Shown here piece by piece: positions 1-29,539 of a DNA stretch of 64,000 nucleotides. Each line of letters starts with the position of its first letter. Within the stretch, counting starts at the first letter, position 1. This DNA is from the human T2T-CHM13v2.0 reference genome, Homo sapiens. The translations under genes were made by a program, and so were the position numbers. The notes under the pieces were generated by a model. The model was not told the DNA's origin and searched no databases. It saw only the letters and a list, made by a program, of their open reading frames with translations. Location: NCBI RefSeq assembly GCF_009914755.1, contig NC_060932.1. The stretch is one strand, 5' to 3'.

Positions 1-59
1 ACAACAATGGAAAACTGGCCCCTTGTTGGTTCACACAGTCCTTGAGCCCAAAAGTGAAG
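1..59 (-). other. ARMC1: ARMC1 3' UTR (start; continues beyond the window edge)
   Basis: Lies directly after the TGA stop (tca at 60-62) on the minus strand. Confidence 0.9.
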
Positions 60-251
60 TCACCAATAAAATGATCTGGATAAAAAGTTTGCAGCTGTGC
101 TAAGCCAGCTAGCTCCACCTTCTGGGTGTGAGCCGACCCGGGACACCGCTTTGTCCTGTTCCTTTGTGGGACTCTCATCCTCAGGCAGGTAGTCAGGTAG
201 CTCTGTGTTCTGTTCAACTTCCACAGGAGTATCTTGGAATGGGACCAACAT
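60..251 (-). CDS. ARMC1: ARMC1 last coding exon (exon 7): MLVPFQDT...SRSFYW*
   Basis: Translation matches the recognised ARMC1 C-terminus. AG acceptor at 252-253 (ct on +), phase 0, 63 codons plus stop. Confidence 0.97.
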   Translation of the reverse strand: MLVPFQDTPVEVEQNTELPDYLPEDESPTKEQDKAVSRVGSHPEGGASWLSTAANFLSRSFYW

Positions 252-928
252 CTGATACAGAAAATATTGAGAGTTATTACAAAATCAACTTTACTCCTTA
301 TTCTAATTACCGTGGTTATTCTCAGGGTAAATTTTCCTCTTACATGACAGTAGGCCCAATTGCTGAGCACTGTGTCAATACAGAAAGGAGTAAGCAGAGT
401 ACAAATAAGAACTCAGAAGTTGATCTGCTGAAATTCTAGGAGTAAATGAGCAACCGCTCTCTGTGTAATAATGACTAAAGCAAGTGTCTAGCCACTGCAG
501 CCACTGGATAGCCATGGAACCTCCCATCTATGAGATGGGAACCCAAATGAGCTCAAGGTATATTTGTTTCCCCCATCACAAAGCTAGTGAAAAGAGTAGC
601 AACAGACAAGGATTTTCACCCTATTTACTTGCCCAGTGGTTACACCTTTATTTTTTGGATTGTCAGGATTAGTTAAGATTAGGAAGAAAGTATTTAAAAA
701 TAAATGCAAGGAAGACACATATCCTTTATTTCCATGTAAAATCAGCAAGAGCAGACTCTGATATCCACAAAAGATCTCTCTATATTTCTAAAACAGTTAA
801 CTGTTAACCAAGAAACAGCACATCCTTACATACTTGGCACTATTAATTTAGAAATACTGGCAATCTGCTAGCCATAAAAAATAATTGAGAGTGAGTTGGA
901 TATAAAGAAAATTAAATACAACTTTTAC

Positions 929-1003
929 CTCTTCTCCACTTTCACTTTTCACAACTTGCTGAGCTTTCATAACCTTGGTTGATGCTATTGCTGATGCCAA
1001 AGC
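929..1003 (-). CDS. ARMC1: ARMC1 exon 6: [25 protein letters not shown]
   Basis: Hand-translated (not in the ORF track). AG acceptor at 1004-1005, GTAAAA donor at 923-928, 75 nt, phase 0/0. Confidence 0.95.
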
Positions 1004-1087
1004 CTAAGCCAAGATAAAAAGGAACAATTTTGAAATTGATTTGTTTACCTGTAATCTCAAGCATATTCAGTCTTTTAAAATACTTAC

Positions 1088-1204
1088 CTCAGCTTTCAAA
1101 TCTGAACGGATTCGCACCACACACCTTTGAACAGCCATTTGAAAAGTAAAGCTAATAACACCTTTAATTTTTAACAAAGCCTCTTCACATAGATTTCTCC
1201 GAGA
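1088..1204 (-). CDS. ARMC1: ARMC1 exon 5: [39 protein letters not shown]
   Basis: Within ORF 1067..1300. TTTTCAG acceptor (AG at 1205-1206), GTAAGT donor at 1082-1087, 117 nt. Confidence 0.96.
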
Positions 1205-1554
1205 CTGAAAAAGTAAAAGCAAATTGTTATGAAAATAGGTAAATAAAAGGTAATAAATCAGTGAAAACCAAGCTATATTTTGGAGGGGGGAAGAGAGCAA
1301 ATGACCTATTTCAGTTTTACCATCTTATTTCAGGGCACAGAGTGGGGGAGTGCTTAGTCAAATTTTTTAAATTTTACAGGATCAACAGAATAGTAATTCC
1401 TGCTAAATTTTTAAAGCTTCAATACTAATATGTAGTTTTAATAATTTTTTATCAGAAAGAAGTTAGCCAATGTTAATTTACATCTTAAATAAAGCAGAAC
1501 ACAACACAGGGGGAAAAAATACCAAAAAGAAGAAAAGCAGAGGTTCTTCTAGCT

Positions 1555-2079
<525 letters not shown>

Positions 2080-3911
2080 CTAAAAATCTCCAGGGATAAA
2101 TTCCAATAGACTGAAGTTAGAATTAGTGAGCATTCAGTGTTTAAGTCACTATTCCTTAAATCACCTGGTATTACAAATATCACTGCATCATCCATTTATG
2201 GCATTCTTATGGTTACTATTGCATTCTCAAGGGTTAGACATACCCTCTGTGTGGTTCTCATTTTCCTAATACTCTTCAAAACACAATATAACATGTACCC
2301 TTCAATACTTCAATGCAGGGTACTACATTATCCTGGTCTTCCACTTTCCCACTGATTATTCCAGCTTTGTCTCACCTTAACTCCAAAGTCCAGTTCCTAA
2401 ACTGATTTTCTTTCTGCTTCAAACCTCAGAAGGCTATTCTCATCACTTTAGCCATCACTAACATTACTAACTCCAATATGACTTTCTTATTTGTCTGTCA
2501 GACATATCCACTTGACCATCAAGTGGTCATCTCAATACAAGATCCAAAGTGAAAATGGAAAAAGTAATTGCATTTTCTCCTCATAGCTCCCTCCACCTCT
2601 GGCCCACACACCAAATCACACTCTCTACATTTTCTGATTTCTGTATTGAGACCAAGTTTTGATTTATATTTCTGAGGGGTCAATCTGCAATTGACCCACG
2701 TGCCAAATCTGTAGACTATATCCAGTTTTCAAACTTATTTCCACATCCTTCAAAACAACTGCTCACACCATTGCTCATCTCCCTACTTCTGCATTTCAAC
2801 ACTACTCAGGGAGACGTGGGACACGTCAGTCTGTGGCACAGCACAGGCCCACAGTGGGCTCATCTAGTGCACTGTGTCTGGACCCTGCTCTGCAGGGGCC
2901 TGCATTTGGTGAAGCCCCTTAGAGGACTGGTGCCAAATAGCACCATGTTTATCTCTTCCACATATTCAACACCAGGTAAACTTGAAAGTGAAGTAAAGCT
3001 CACACAATATATATAAGTTAGGATACTATTAATCTGATCCCTTATTTTAAATGTGAGGAAAGTGAAAAGTTGAAAAACAACTTGCCTGATTTACCACAGG
3101 TAGAGTCTGGTACTAAATGCCAACCACATGCAACAGTGAGAAACGAGATTCATAAGTCTAATTTATCTTTATTTTAACATAAATTAACACACTTTTTTAG
3201 CAAGCTTATTGCCTGCCTCCTCCAACTATGCTAGCTCCAAGAGAGCAAAAAGTTTTGCTTTTTGGTCATCGCTGTATCCCTGGTATCTAAAATAATGCCT
3301 AACATTAGGTGCTCCTTTTTATTGTAAAAATTAGTACATTCTACCATGTGAACTTTCAGATCAGGAAATAAAGTTCCAAAATCATCAGACTGATTGGCAT
3401 TATTTTAAGTCCACAAATTTAGGAAGAACTAACATCCTTACAAACTTTCAGAAACAGGCATTTCATTCCATTTATTCCAGTCTTCTTATAATACTGAAGA
3501 CCTTTAATTTTTTTTATTAAGTCTTGTATTTTCTTATTAAGAATACCCTTGCTACTATCACACTGGTCATTAAGTTTAAAAAAACAAAAAGAAAAAAAGA
3601 AAAAATACCCCTGCACTCTTCCTAGCTGTTTGTTTTGTTTGGGAGAGTAAAACTACTTTTCTCCTTTTAAGAAGTAACTGATTTCCATATATTTAATAAT
3701 GTCACTGGATTTTTAAAATATTTTTAAGAAATTTCAGATCATTCTCCTGGATTTTCTATATTTACAGCTATATCAATAGCAAATTATCAAATTATTGACT
3801 TACTGATATTATACTAAAATATTTCACTATGTTAAATCATATTTACAACTCCAGGATAAAACTAGATTGTTTCTAGGAAATTATAATATTGTGATTAAAA
3901 GTTCGATTCTG

Positions 3912-8820
<4,909 letters not shown>

Positions 8821-8917
8821 ACTGATATCGAGATTTATTCTCAAAGACTGTTAGCAAGTGGCACTGAAGAAACTATTCAGTAAACATGATTTCTCTTTCC
8901 CATCTAACAGACCTTAC

Positions 8918-9107
8918 CGTATCATCAAGGCCATCTATATGCAAAACCACTGTTTTGGCACGTTTGTTTGTAGTTCCCAGAAAAAACTGAGCTTTCCTTC
9001 GACGTGAATTCATCTCATTAAAACTATCACCATCTGCCATATTGGAGGACTGAAGAATGTCATAGATTTCAGAGGCCAGAAGTTTTGTTTCTCCTGGAGT
9101 TGTAGTT
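8918..9107 (-). CDS. ARMC1: ARMC1 exon 4: (K)[15 protein letters not shown]...[11 protein letters not shown]
   Basis: Within ORF 8873..9124. TTTTCAAG acceptor (AG at 9108-9109), GTAAGG donor at 8912-8917, 190 nt. The phase-2 start completes the AA|A codon from exon 3. Confidence 0.96.
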
Positions 9108-9357
9108 CTTGAAAAGAAACACATATATAATTAGTCTTGTCACTTCTACTGATTCTGTAATTTTATTTCTCCACTAAAAGGAGCCTTGTTTCTTTTACTC
9201 TAATGCCTTGTTCAATTTAAAAGCAATAGCAGTGAATCCTAGAATAATCAATAATGTAGAAAAAGCATCTTGTCTATAATAATCTTCTAATTTCATTTTA
9301 AACCCGTGGCTCATTGAGATTCAAAATCCAACACTATAGAGGTATAAAAACACATTT

Positions 9358-9648
9358 GGCCAGGCACAGTGGCTCATGCCTGTAAACCCAGCACTTTGGG
9401 AGGCCAAGGCAGGTGGATCACTTGAGGTCAGGAGTTCAAGCCTGACCAACATACTGAAACCCCATCTCTACTAAAATACAAAAATTAGCTGGGTGTGGTG
9501 GCGCATGCCTGTAATCCCAGCTACTCAGGAGTCTGAGAGAGGAGAATCACTTGAACCCGGGAGGCAGAAGTTGCAGCAAGCTCAGATCACACCACTGGGC
9601 TCCAGCCTGGGTGACAGAGGGAGACTCCATCTCAAAAAAAAAAAAAAC
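9358..9648 (+). repeat. Alu
   Basis: Full dimer with A-tail; AAAAACACATTT-like TSD. Confidence 0.93.
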
Positions 9649-9989
9649 CACACGTTTAATAAAAATAATCAAATACAAAATCAACTAACAAGATCAGGTT
9701 GTAACATGTTCCTGTATTATCACTAACATTCAACTCTCAATTTGAAAGTACCTTGACTTTTAAGAAAATACAACATATAAAAATCCAAAAGGAGAAACCA
9801 AATTTGAAAAGGATCATTCATACTATCAACTAATTTCAAGATTTCTTTGTATGTTAAAACCAATTTTTTAATTTACATTTTTTACATATTACAAATTATG
9901 TGTTTATCATAAAACCACAGCTCTAACAAAAGTTTTCATTCTTAAGCTTTTAAATCCTACTACAGATCCTCACATCAACATCTAGGGGA

Positions 9990-10166
9990 CTGTGCTGTCC
10001 AATAATCTTTCTGCAATGATAGAAATGTTCTATAGCTGCACTCTCCACTCACATGAGGCTACTGAGCACTTGAAATGTGGCTAGTGCAACTAAAAAAAAT
10101 TAATTTACCTTTAATTAATTTAAATTGCCAAACAGAGTGAGTGGCTAACCATACTGGACAGCACAG
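9990..10166. mobile_element. MER3-like hAT MITE
   Basis: Terminal inverted repeats CTGTGCTGTCCA / TGGACAGCACAG with internal gagcacttgaaatgtggctagtg. Confidence 0.8.
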
Positions 10167-11062
10167 TCTAATGGCTCTTATTAGTGGAACTGAACAAAGA
10201 GTAAGTACATGTAACTGTAAGAAAAGAATCCTCATTTCACCTATCAATGGGCTCAACTAAGTCCAAACCCTTTAATGTACACTCAAGGCCTTAAAATCTG
10301 GCCCCATTTGGCTATCTCCATCAGCTCATTTTGTCCTTCTATTATTCTTTGGGTTGACTATGACACTTGGCCATCTCCTACAAAGACCATGCATTTTTAT
10401 ATGTTCTTTGTTCTAGAATGCTTTCTACCCTTAAGTTTTGTTCAGGTCTTTCCTTAGCTGGAAGAGCTTCACCCAGACTGCAGGCTTTCCAACTCTTATT
10501 TCAATGCTTGAAGGGTCAGCTTGACCAACACCTTCTATATAATGCCTCTACCTAATAACCCAATTCTCCCTTTGCATTCAGAGTACTATGCTTGTACTTA
10601 TACTACTGATCTTAATTTTCTATTTCTTTTATAAGTATATGAACTCTTTAAGAGGAGGAAGGTATCCTTTTTGTACCTTCCATAGAACCTAACAAAAATG
10701 TTTGCAAGTTATTTAGTGAATGAGTAGGAATACTTCAATTTCTGATACTCAGATTGTATATGTTCTAGCTACTTAGAGCTTTAATTCCAGGGGTGATAAT
10801 CTGACAGTATTCCAGACACTCAATTACTATATCAAGTGCTTTTCTGAGCCACTGTTGACCACAGAGATAAGTTACTTTGGGTGACTTTAGCCGTGTGTTA
10901 CAGAAAGCTATCAAAAGGACTAATTTGTATTAGTTGCCTCAGCATTTTTATTGATAGCTATTTTAGAGTTTATTGAAAAGTCACTGCAGTTCTCAGATAT
11001 TTTAAATATTAACCAAGAACAAGTTATAAAGAGCATGAAGAGACAATGATTAGAGAAACTTA

Positions 11063-11597
<535 letters not shown>

Positions 11598-11814
11598 TTA
11601 TTGTTACTCCTTTCCATTGTCAATAGTTTTGCATCAACTAGAAAATGAATCATAACACATAATAAAACATCCAATAACTGTCATACATTTTTTGAAAACC
11701 TGGATTATTTCAAAACTGTTTAATATGCTTAATGAAGCAATAGTGACAAAAAATATTAAAATACTAAAACATAAATTATCTTTCTGTTTTGCATAAAAAC
11801 TGTAACAGTAATTC

Positions 11815-13304
11815 CCTCTCCCCTCTCCCCTCTTCCCGGTCTCCCTCTGATGCCGAGCGGAAGCTGGACTGTACTGCTGCCATCTCGGCTCACTACAACC
11901 TCCCTGCCTGATTCTCCTGCCTCAGCCTGCCGAGTGCCTGCGATTGCAGGCACGCGCTGCCACGCCTGACTGGTTTTCGTATTTTTTTGGTGGAGAGGGG
12001 GTTTCGCTGTGTTGGCCGGGCTGGTCTCCAGCTCCTAACCACGAGTGATCTGCCAGCCTCGGCCTCCCGAGGTGCCGGGATGGCAGACGGAGTCTGGTTC
12101 ACTCAGTGCTCAATGGTGCCCAGGCTGGAGTGCAGTGGCGTAATCTCGGCTGGCTACAACCTCCACCTCCCAGCCGCCTGCCTTGGCCTCCCAAAGTGCC
12201 GAGATTGCAGCCTCTGCCCGGCCGCCACCCCGTCTGGGAAGTGAGGAGCGTCTCTGCCTGGCCGCCCATCGTCTGGGATGTGAGGAGTGCCTCTGCCCGG
12301 CTGCCCAGTCTGGGAAGTGAGGAGCGCCTCTTCCCGGCCGCCATCACGTCTAGGAAGTGAGGAGCGTCTCTGCCCGGCCACCCATAGTCTGAGATGTGGG
12401 GAGCGCCTCTGCCCCGCCGCCCCGTCTGGGATGTGAGGAGCGCCTCTGCCCAGCCGCGACCCCGTCTGGGAGGTGAGGAGCGTCTCTGCCCGGCCGCCCT
12501 GTCTGAGAAGTGAGGAGCCCCTCCACCCGGCAGCCGCCCTGTCTGAGAAGTGAGGAGCCCCTCCGCCCGGCAGCCGCCCCGTCTGAGAAGTGAGGAGCCC
12601 CTCCGCCCGGCAGCTGCCCCGTCTGGGAAGTGAGGAGCGTCTCCGCCCGGCAGCCGCCCCATCCAGGAGGGAGGCGGGGGGCAGCCCCCGCCCGGCCAGC
12701 CACCCCGTCCGGGAGGTGGGGGGCGCTTCTGCCCAGCCGCCCCTTCTGGGAAGTGAGGAGCCCCTCTGCCCGGCGGCCACCCTGTCTGGGAGGTGTACCC
12801 AACAGCTCATTGAGAACGGGCCATGATGACGATGGCGGTTTTGTCGAATAGAAAAGGGGGAATGTGGGGAAAAGATAGAGAAATCAGATTGTTGCTGTGT
12901 CTGTGTAGAAAGAAGTAGACATAGGAGACTCCATTTTGTTCTATACTAAGAAAAATTCTTCTGCCTTGGGATGCTGTTGATCTATGACCTTACCCCCAAC
13001 CTGGTGCTCTCTGAAACATGTGCTGTGTCCACTCAGGGTTAAATGGATTAAGGGCGGTGCAAGATGTGCTTTGTTAAACAGATGCTTGAAGGCAGCATGC
13101 TCCTTAAGAGTCATCACCACTCCCTAATCTCAAGTACCCATGGACACAAACACTGCGGAAGGCCGCAGGGTCCTCTGCCTAGGAAAACCAGAGACCTTTG
13201 TTCACTTGTTTATCTGCTGACCTTCCCTCCACTATTGTCCTCTGACCCTGCCAAATCCCCCTCTGCGAGAAACACCCAAGAATGATCAATTAAAAAAAAA
13301 AAAA
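11815..13304 (+). mobile_element. Full-length SVA retrotransposon (short CCCTCT head, Alu-like domain, VNTR, SINE-R, A-tract), antisense in ARMC1 intron 3
   Basis: Head ccctctccc..., GC-rich VNTR units (gtctgggaagtgaggagcg...) at ~12215-12790, SINE-R ending gagaaacacccaagaatgatcaat then poly(A). Confidence 0.97.
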
Positions 13305-13531
13305 TTAATCACACCTAAAATATACCTTTAATTCATGGCAACAACACACACTGGGAACGACTAGACAGGGGCAAGGGTTGAAAAACCAACTGTTGGGTAC
13401 TACGCTCACTCTCCGGGTGACAGGATAATTCATGGCCCAAACCTCAACATCAAGCAATGTACCCATGTAACAAACCTGCTCATGTACCCCTGAATCTAAA
13501 ATAAAAGTTGAAATTATTAAAAAGAAAAAAA
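13305..13531 (+). mobile_element. Segment 3'-transduced by the SVA (short unique piece plus L1PA/L1PB-type 3' end and second A-tail)
   Basis: Lies between the SVA A-tract and the downstream TSD copy (13532-13551). Contains ccatgtaacaaacctgc...tgaatctaaaataaaagttg, typical of an old primate L1 3' end. Confidence 0.85.
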
Positions 13532-13563
13532 AAAAACTGTAACAGTAGTTCTTAGCCAATTAA

Positions 13564-17880
<4,317 letters not shown>

Positions 17881-17936
17881 AAGTAAGTAATATAAGTAAG
17901 TATATAAATAAATGAGACACTGTCTATTGTACTTAC

Positions 17937-18028
17937 TTCTGTATAACATTTTGTAAGCTCAACATCATACCCAGTTCTCCTTTCATCTTTTCTCTGTTTG
18001 CACGGCATTCTGCCAAGTATCGAAGAGC
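17937..18028 (-). CDS. ARMC1: ARMC1 exon 3: [30 protein letters not shown](K)
   Basis: Hand-translated. CTGTAG acceptor (AG at 18029-18030), GTAAGT donor at 17931-17936, 92 nt. Exons 3 and 4 total 282 nt, which keeps the frame. Confidence 0.95.
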
Positions 18029-18319
18029 CTACAGCAGAAGAAGTAATAAGTTAATTCGTCTGTCCAGACTATTCAAAATTGAAACTACTACTAATTTACT
18101 GCAAGAAAACAAAAAAGGAGAAAATAGGTTTTTGTTTTTAGAATAAAATCCTTTAAATGAGATGATTCAGAATTATTCCCTAGGGAAGAAATGATCCTTT
18201 GAGCTGTAGTAGCTGATCTACTCTTCGAAATGAAGGTTCCTAACTTAGTCACAAGGTCAAAATTAGGTTGTTCTGGTTTTACTTTCACCACTTCACAGGG
18301 ATGGAACTATATTCCATTT

Positions 18320-20818
<2,499 letters not shown>

Positions 20819-21519
20819 CTTTTCTTCAGCCTCTTGGGAACTTTCACTCACTGATCCCTCTCCTTAGCTCTGTCCCTCCATGACTTTATACTTCCCTTCC
20901 TATTCAGCCTAGTATCTACTGTATATCATTTCAACCAATCCTGCCAAGATCCTAAACTCCCTTGCACAATCATTCTGCCCAACTTAACCTGGCCAAGTAA
21001 CAACTCTAGACAAATCCAAGTACTTGGCTCTGTGAGCCTACAACAGGCCTGAATCATATCGATTCAGTATTACCAAACTAATCAGCCCTCAACACTGCTG
21101 AACAACTTTATCATTCTCCTCAGTTAGCAAATCTTTCCTATTTTCTGCAATTATGAGAGCCTTCCCCTCAAACCTCTCCCATTCTAGTAGCCCTTGCCCT
21201 CTGAACTTAGACATATTCTAGTCTATTTAAAAATAAAAAAGACTTACTTCCTTTAGCCCCAAGTCCCTATCTATAGATCAACCCCCTCTTTCTTCTCATC
21301 CTTCTTGCATTTCTTATTGAAATTGAACCCAGACTGGGGACTGTGCCATTTTTCCCATTTGTTACTACTGTTCTCTTACACCAATGTCTTTTTTGACTGC
21401 TAAACTTCATTCTGTAAAGGCAAAATAGAAATTTTTTTCCAAAAGGAAAAGTCTATATGCCTTCTGTACAAACTTGTGAAATTAGACTAAATGGGGAATC
21501 ATCACGAGTCCTTAAGTAA

Positions 21520-22695
<1,176 letters not shown>

Positions 22696-22891
22696 GAATA
22701 AAAACAATGTAGCATGTTACCACTGGTGTAAACAGACCACAGACCACACATACATATGTTTGTACCTACATAAATACAAACAACTAATTGCTCTCTTTCC
22801 GTTTTTTTACCTTGTCATCTAGCACTTTTTCCAAATTCTCACCTTAACTGCAAAAATAGAACAGAGATTGAAATTACTAAAGGCAACTTAC

Positions 22892-23074
22892 AAGCAAAGC
22901 GGAGTGGACGACTGGAGGGTTGGGATGGTCCATAAATAAAATAAGGCCAGGCAGACATCCCTGATCCTGGACGATGGCTCTTCTGTTTAACGGATCTGCT
23001 GCTAGATCCCGTAACTGGTTAACTACCGATAGAGCGTCAGGCTCTTCACTCATGGTGGAAGTGGAAGAATTCAT
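22892..23074 (-). CDS. ARMC1: ARMC1 exon 2 coding part: [15 protein letters not shown]...HSALL (armadillo repeat)
   Basis: ORF 22877..23074 matches the ARMC1 N-terminus. GTAAGT donor at 22886-22891. All coding exons sum to 61+94+39+25+63 = 282 codons. Confidence 0.97.
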
Positions 23075-23109
23075 CTTCTATGCCATGCACATGAATAAAA
23101 TCTTAAATT
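23075..23109 (-). other. ARMC1: ARMC1 exon 2, 5' UTR part
   Basis: Acceptor CCTTTTCTACAG with AG at 23110-23111, 35 nt upstream of the ATG. Confidence 0.85.
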
Positions 23110-23914
23110 CTGTAGAAAAGGTTTGCAGAATTAGTTCTAGGCTGCTGAGGTATATTATAGCACTTGTGAAATAACCAGGATTACAACACCTTTAGAAAGA
23201 ATCAGGTAACTAAAACTAAATCACATAAAAACTTAGAAATCGGCAACTCTACAGTTTGAGAAAAGTAAAATGAACGTAAGACGACTGAAAAAATTTGTGT
23301 GCACAATGTTTAAAGAACATATGTTGTCCTCAATATTCCAATAAATTATGTTTTAGCACACATATTTTAACAATAAAATCACAATAAAGATCTTTACAGT
23401 TCAAGCTAGTAAGCTTTGCTATACTTCTAAAACTGTTAATATTGCCAGTGCTTTTTATCCTCTAGACTATTTCTAGCCCTAAAACAAGTGCCCGAGGGAA
23501 AAGTGGCTAGTTTACAGCTTTCTTATTCATCAGTGAACAAAAACCTAGCATACTCTGTCTACAAAGAATAAAATGCCCTTGGAAAAAGGAGGCAGAAGTC
23601 TGTAAATCAAGAAGACAGGAAAGGTATTTAGCCTGTGGCTCAGGCCAGTAGAGTGTGAAAGATCATAGTGAATCTACACTGAATCTAAATACCTCTGTCC
23701 ATCTGATTATGCCATATTCTACTGCCTAACAGAAAAGCAAAAATAGGAAGAATGAAGTAGAATTTGACATAATTCATTTGCCAGATGAGGAGCTAGTCAT
23801 AGAGAGGTTCAATAATTTGCCCCACATCACAAAATCTAGTTAGCATAGAACTGGCCTAAAATATTATTTACTATTTCCTAAACTCATCAGCAGTCTTTCC
23901 ACTTTGCATACTTT

Positions 23915-28520
<4,606 letters not shown>

Positions 28521-29539
28521 AAAGACCATAGCCTCACTAACAAATGATGAAAATGTGAAAAGACTTTTTATACCTTTACTTTCTCTTGTTTAGTTCAACT
28601 TGGACAAACAAATCATTCTATGACAAAGAATACTTCTCATCGTTTAATGAGCACTCTGGTCAGTTAAAGGTTCCTGTTAAAAAGCAAATGCTGATTCAGT
28701 AGGTGGGAGAGTCTGAGATTCCGCATTTCCAACAAGCTTCCAGGTGAGGCCTATGCTACTTGTCACACTCTGAGAAGCAAGCAGTTAGAAGATACATGTG
28801 AGACACCTGTAATTAGGCAGATGCCTGCAAGATTTTTCCTTCTCGTACAGTCAAGATTCACCATTCAATTCAAAGATTTAATTCTCACATGCCAAGAGAT
28901 GCAGAGGGAATACGTTTAACCTAAATCCTTATTCAGTTAGGTGGGCTTTGATAAAAATAACATAAGCATTGATATTAAATCTGACTTTCCCCTTACTCGA
29001 AGAGTTAACTGTAACTTTGAGAAGTTAAGTTCTTAGAGCCTCAGTTATCTCACATAACAATCCTCAGCGGTTATCAGATTAAAGTAAGAACGCGAAATGG
29101 TAAAATCAAACACCAGCAATTACCAAACCAGAATACTACTTGCTCATGTGGGGACATCTGTCCTGCCAGGTGTTGGAGGTACCTTCTGCACTGCCCTGAC
29201 ACTTCAGTGCACTAAGTATCACGAAAGGAGTTGCTAACTGCACGAATACCTACCCCCGCCCTCCCAAAACACAGTCTTAAATATAAAAATGGGAACACTG
29301 GTCTCTCTTGAATTAAGCCTAACACAACTATGTCTTTCCGCTCTTAGGAGACACGCAGGTGCACAAAACTAACAGAAAGTTACCAAAGAATAACCTGGAG
29401 AGATGAAAAGATGAGATGACACCCATTAATAATACTGGGGTTAGTAAAAGTCAGATGTGAGGGGGGACAAAGAAGAAATGAGCAAAGCTAACAGATTCAC
29501 GGGACACGTGGGGGTAGAGCGTGCTAAAGCGCCTCACTG

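Noticed and set aside
128-439. 103-aa plus-strand ORF
   Set aside because: Antisense shadow of ARMC1 exon 7 with a non-ATG start and no other support.
1043-1056. Cryptic donor CAG|GTAAAC inside ARMC1 intron 5
   Set aside because: Its use would leave a 45-nt intron, below the normal minimum size.
2508-2526. Short hairpin CCACTTGA-cca-TCAAGTGG
   Set aside because: An 8-bp stem is plausible by chance in 64 kb.
12215-12790. Repeat-and-spacer-like array resembling CRISPR
   Set aside because: Tandem SVA VNTR units with no unique spacers, in primate DNA with no cas genes.
12099-12851. Long GC-rich ORFs (up to 218 aa) on both strands
   Set aside because: Stop-poor SVA VNTR sequence; the same peptides recur in the second SVA at 58067-58848.
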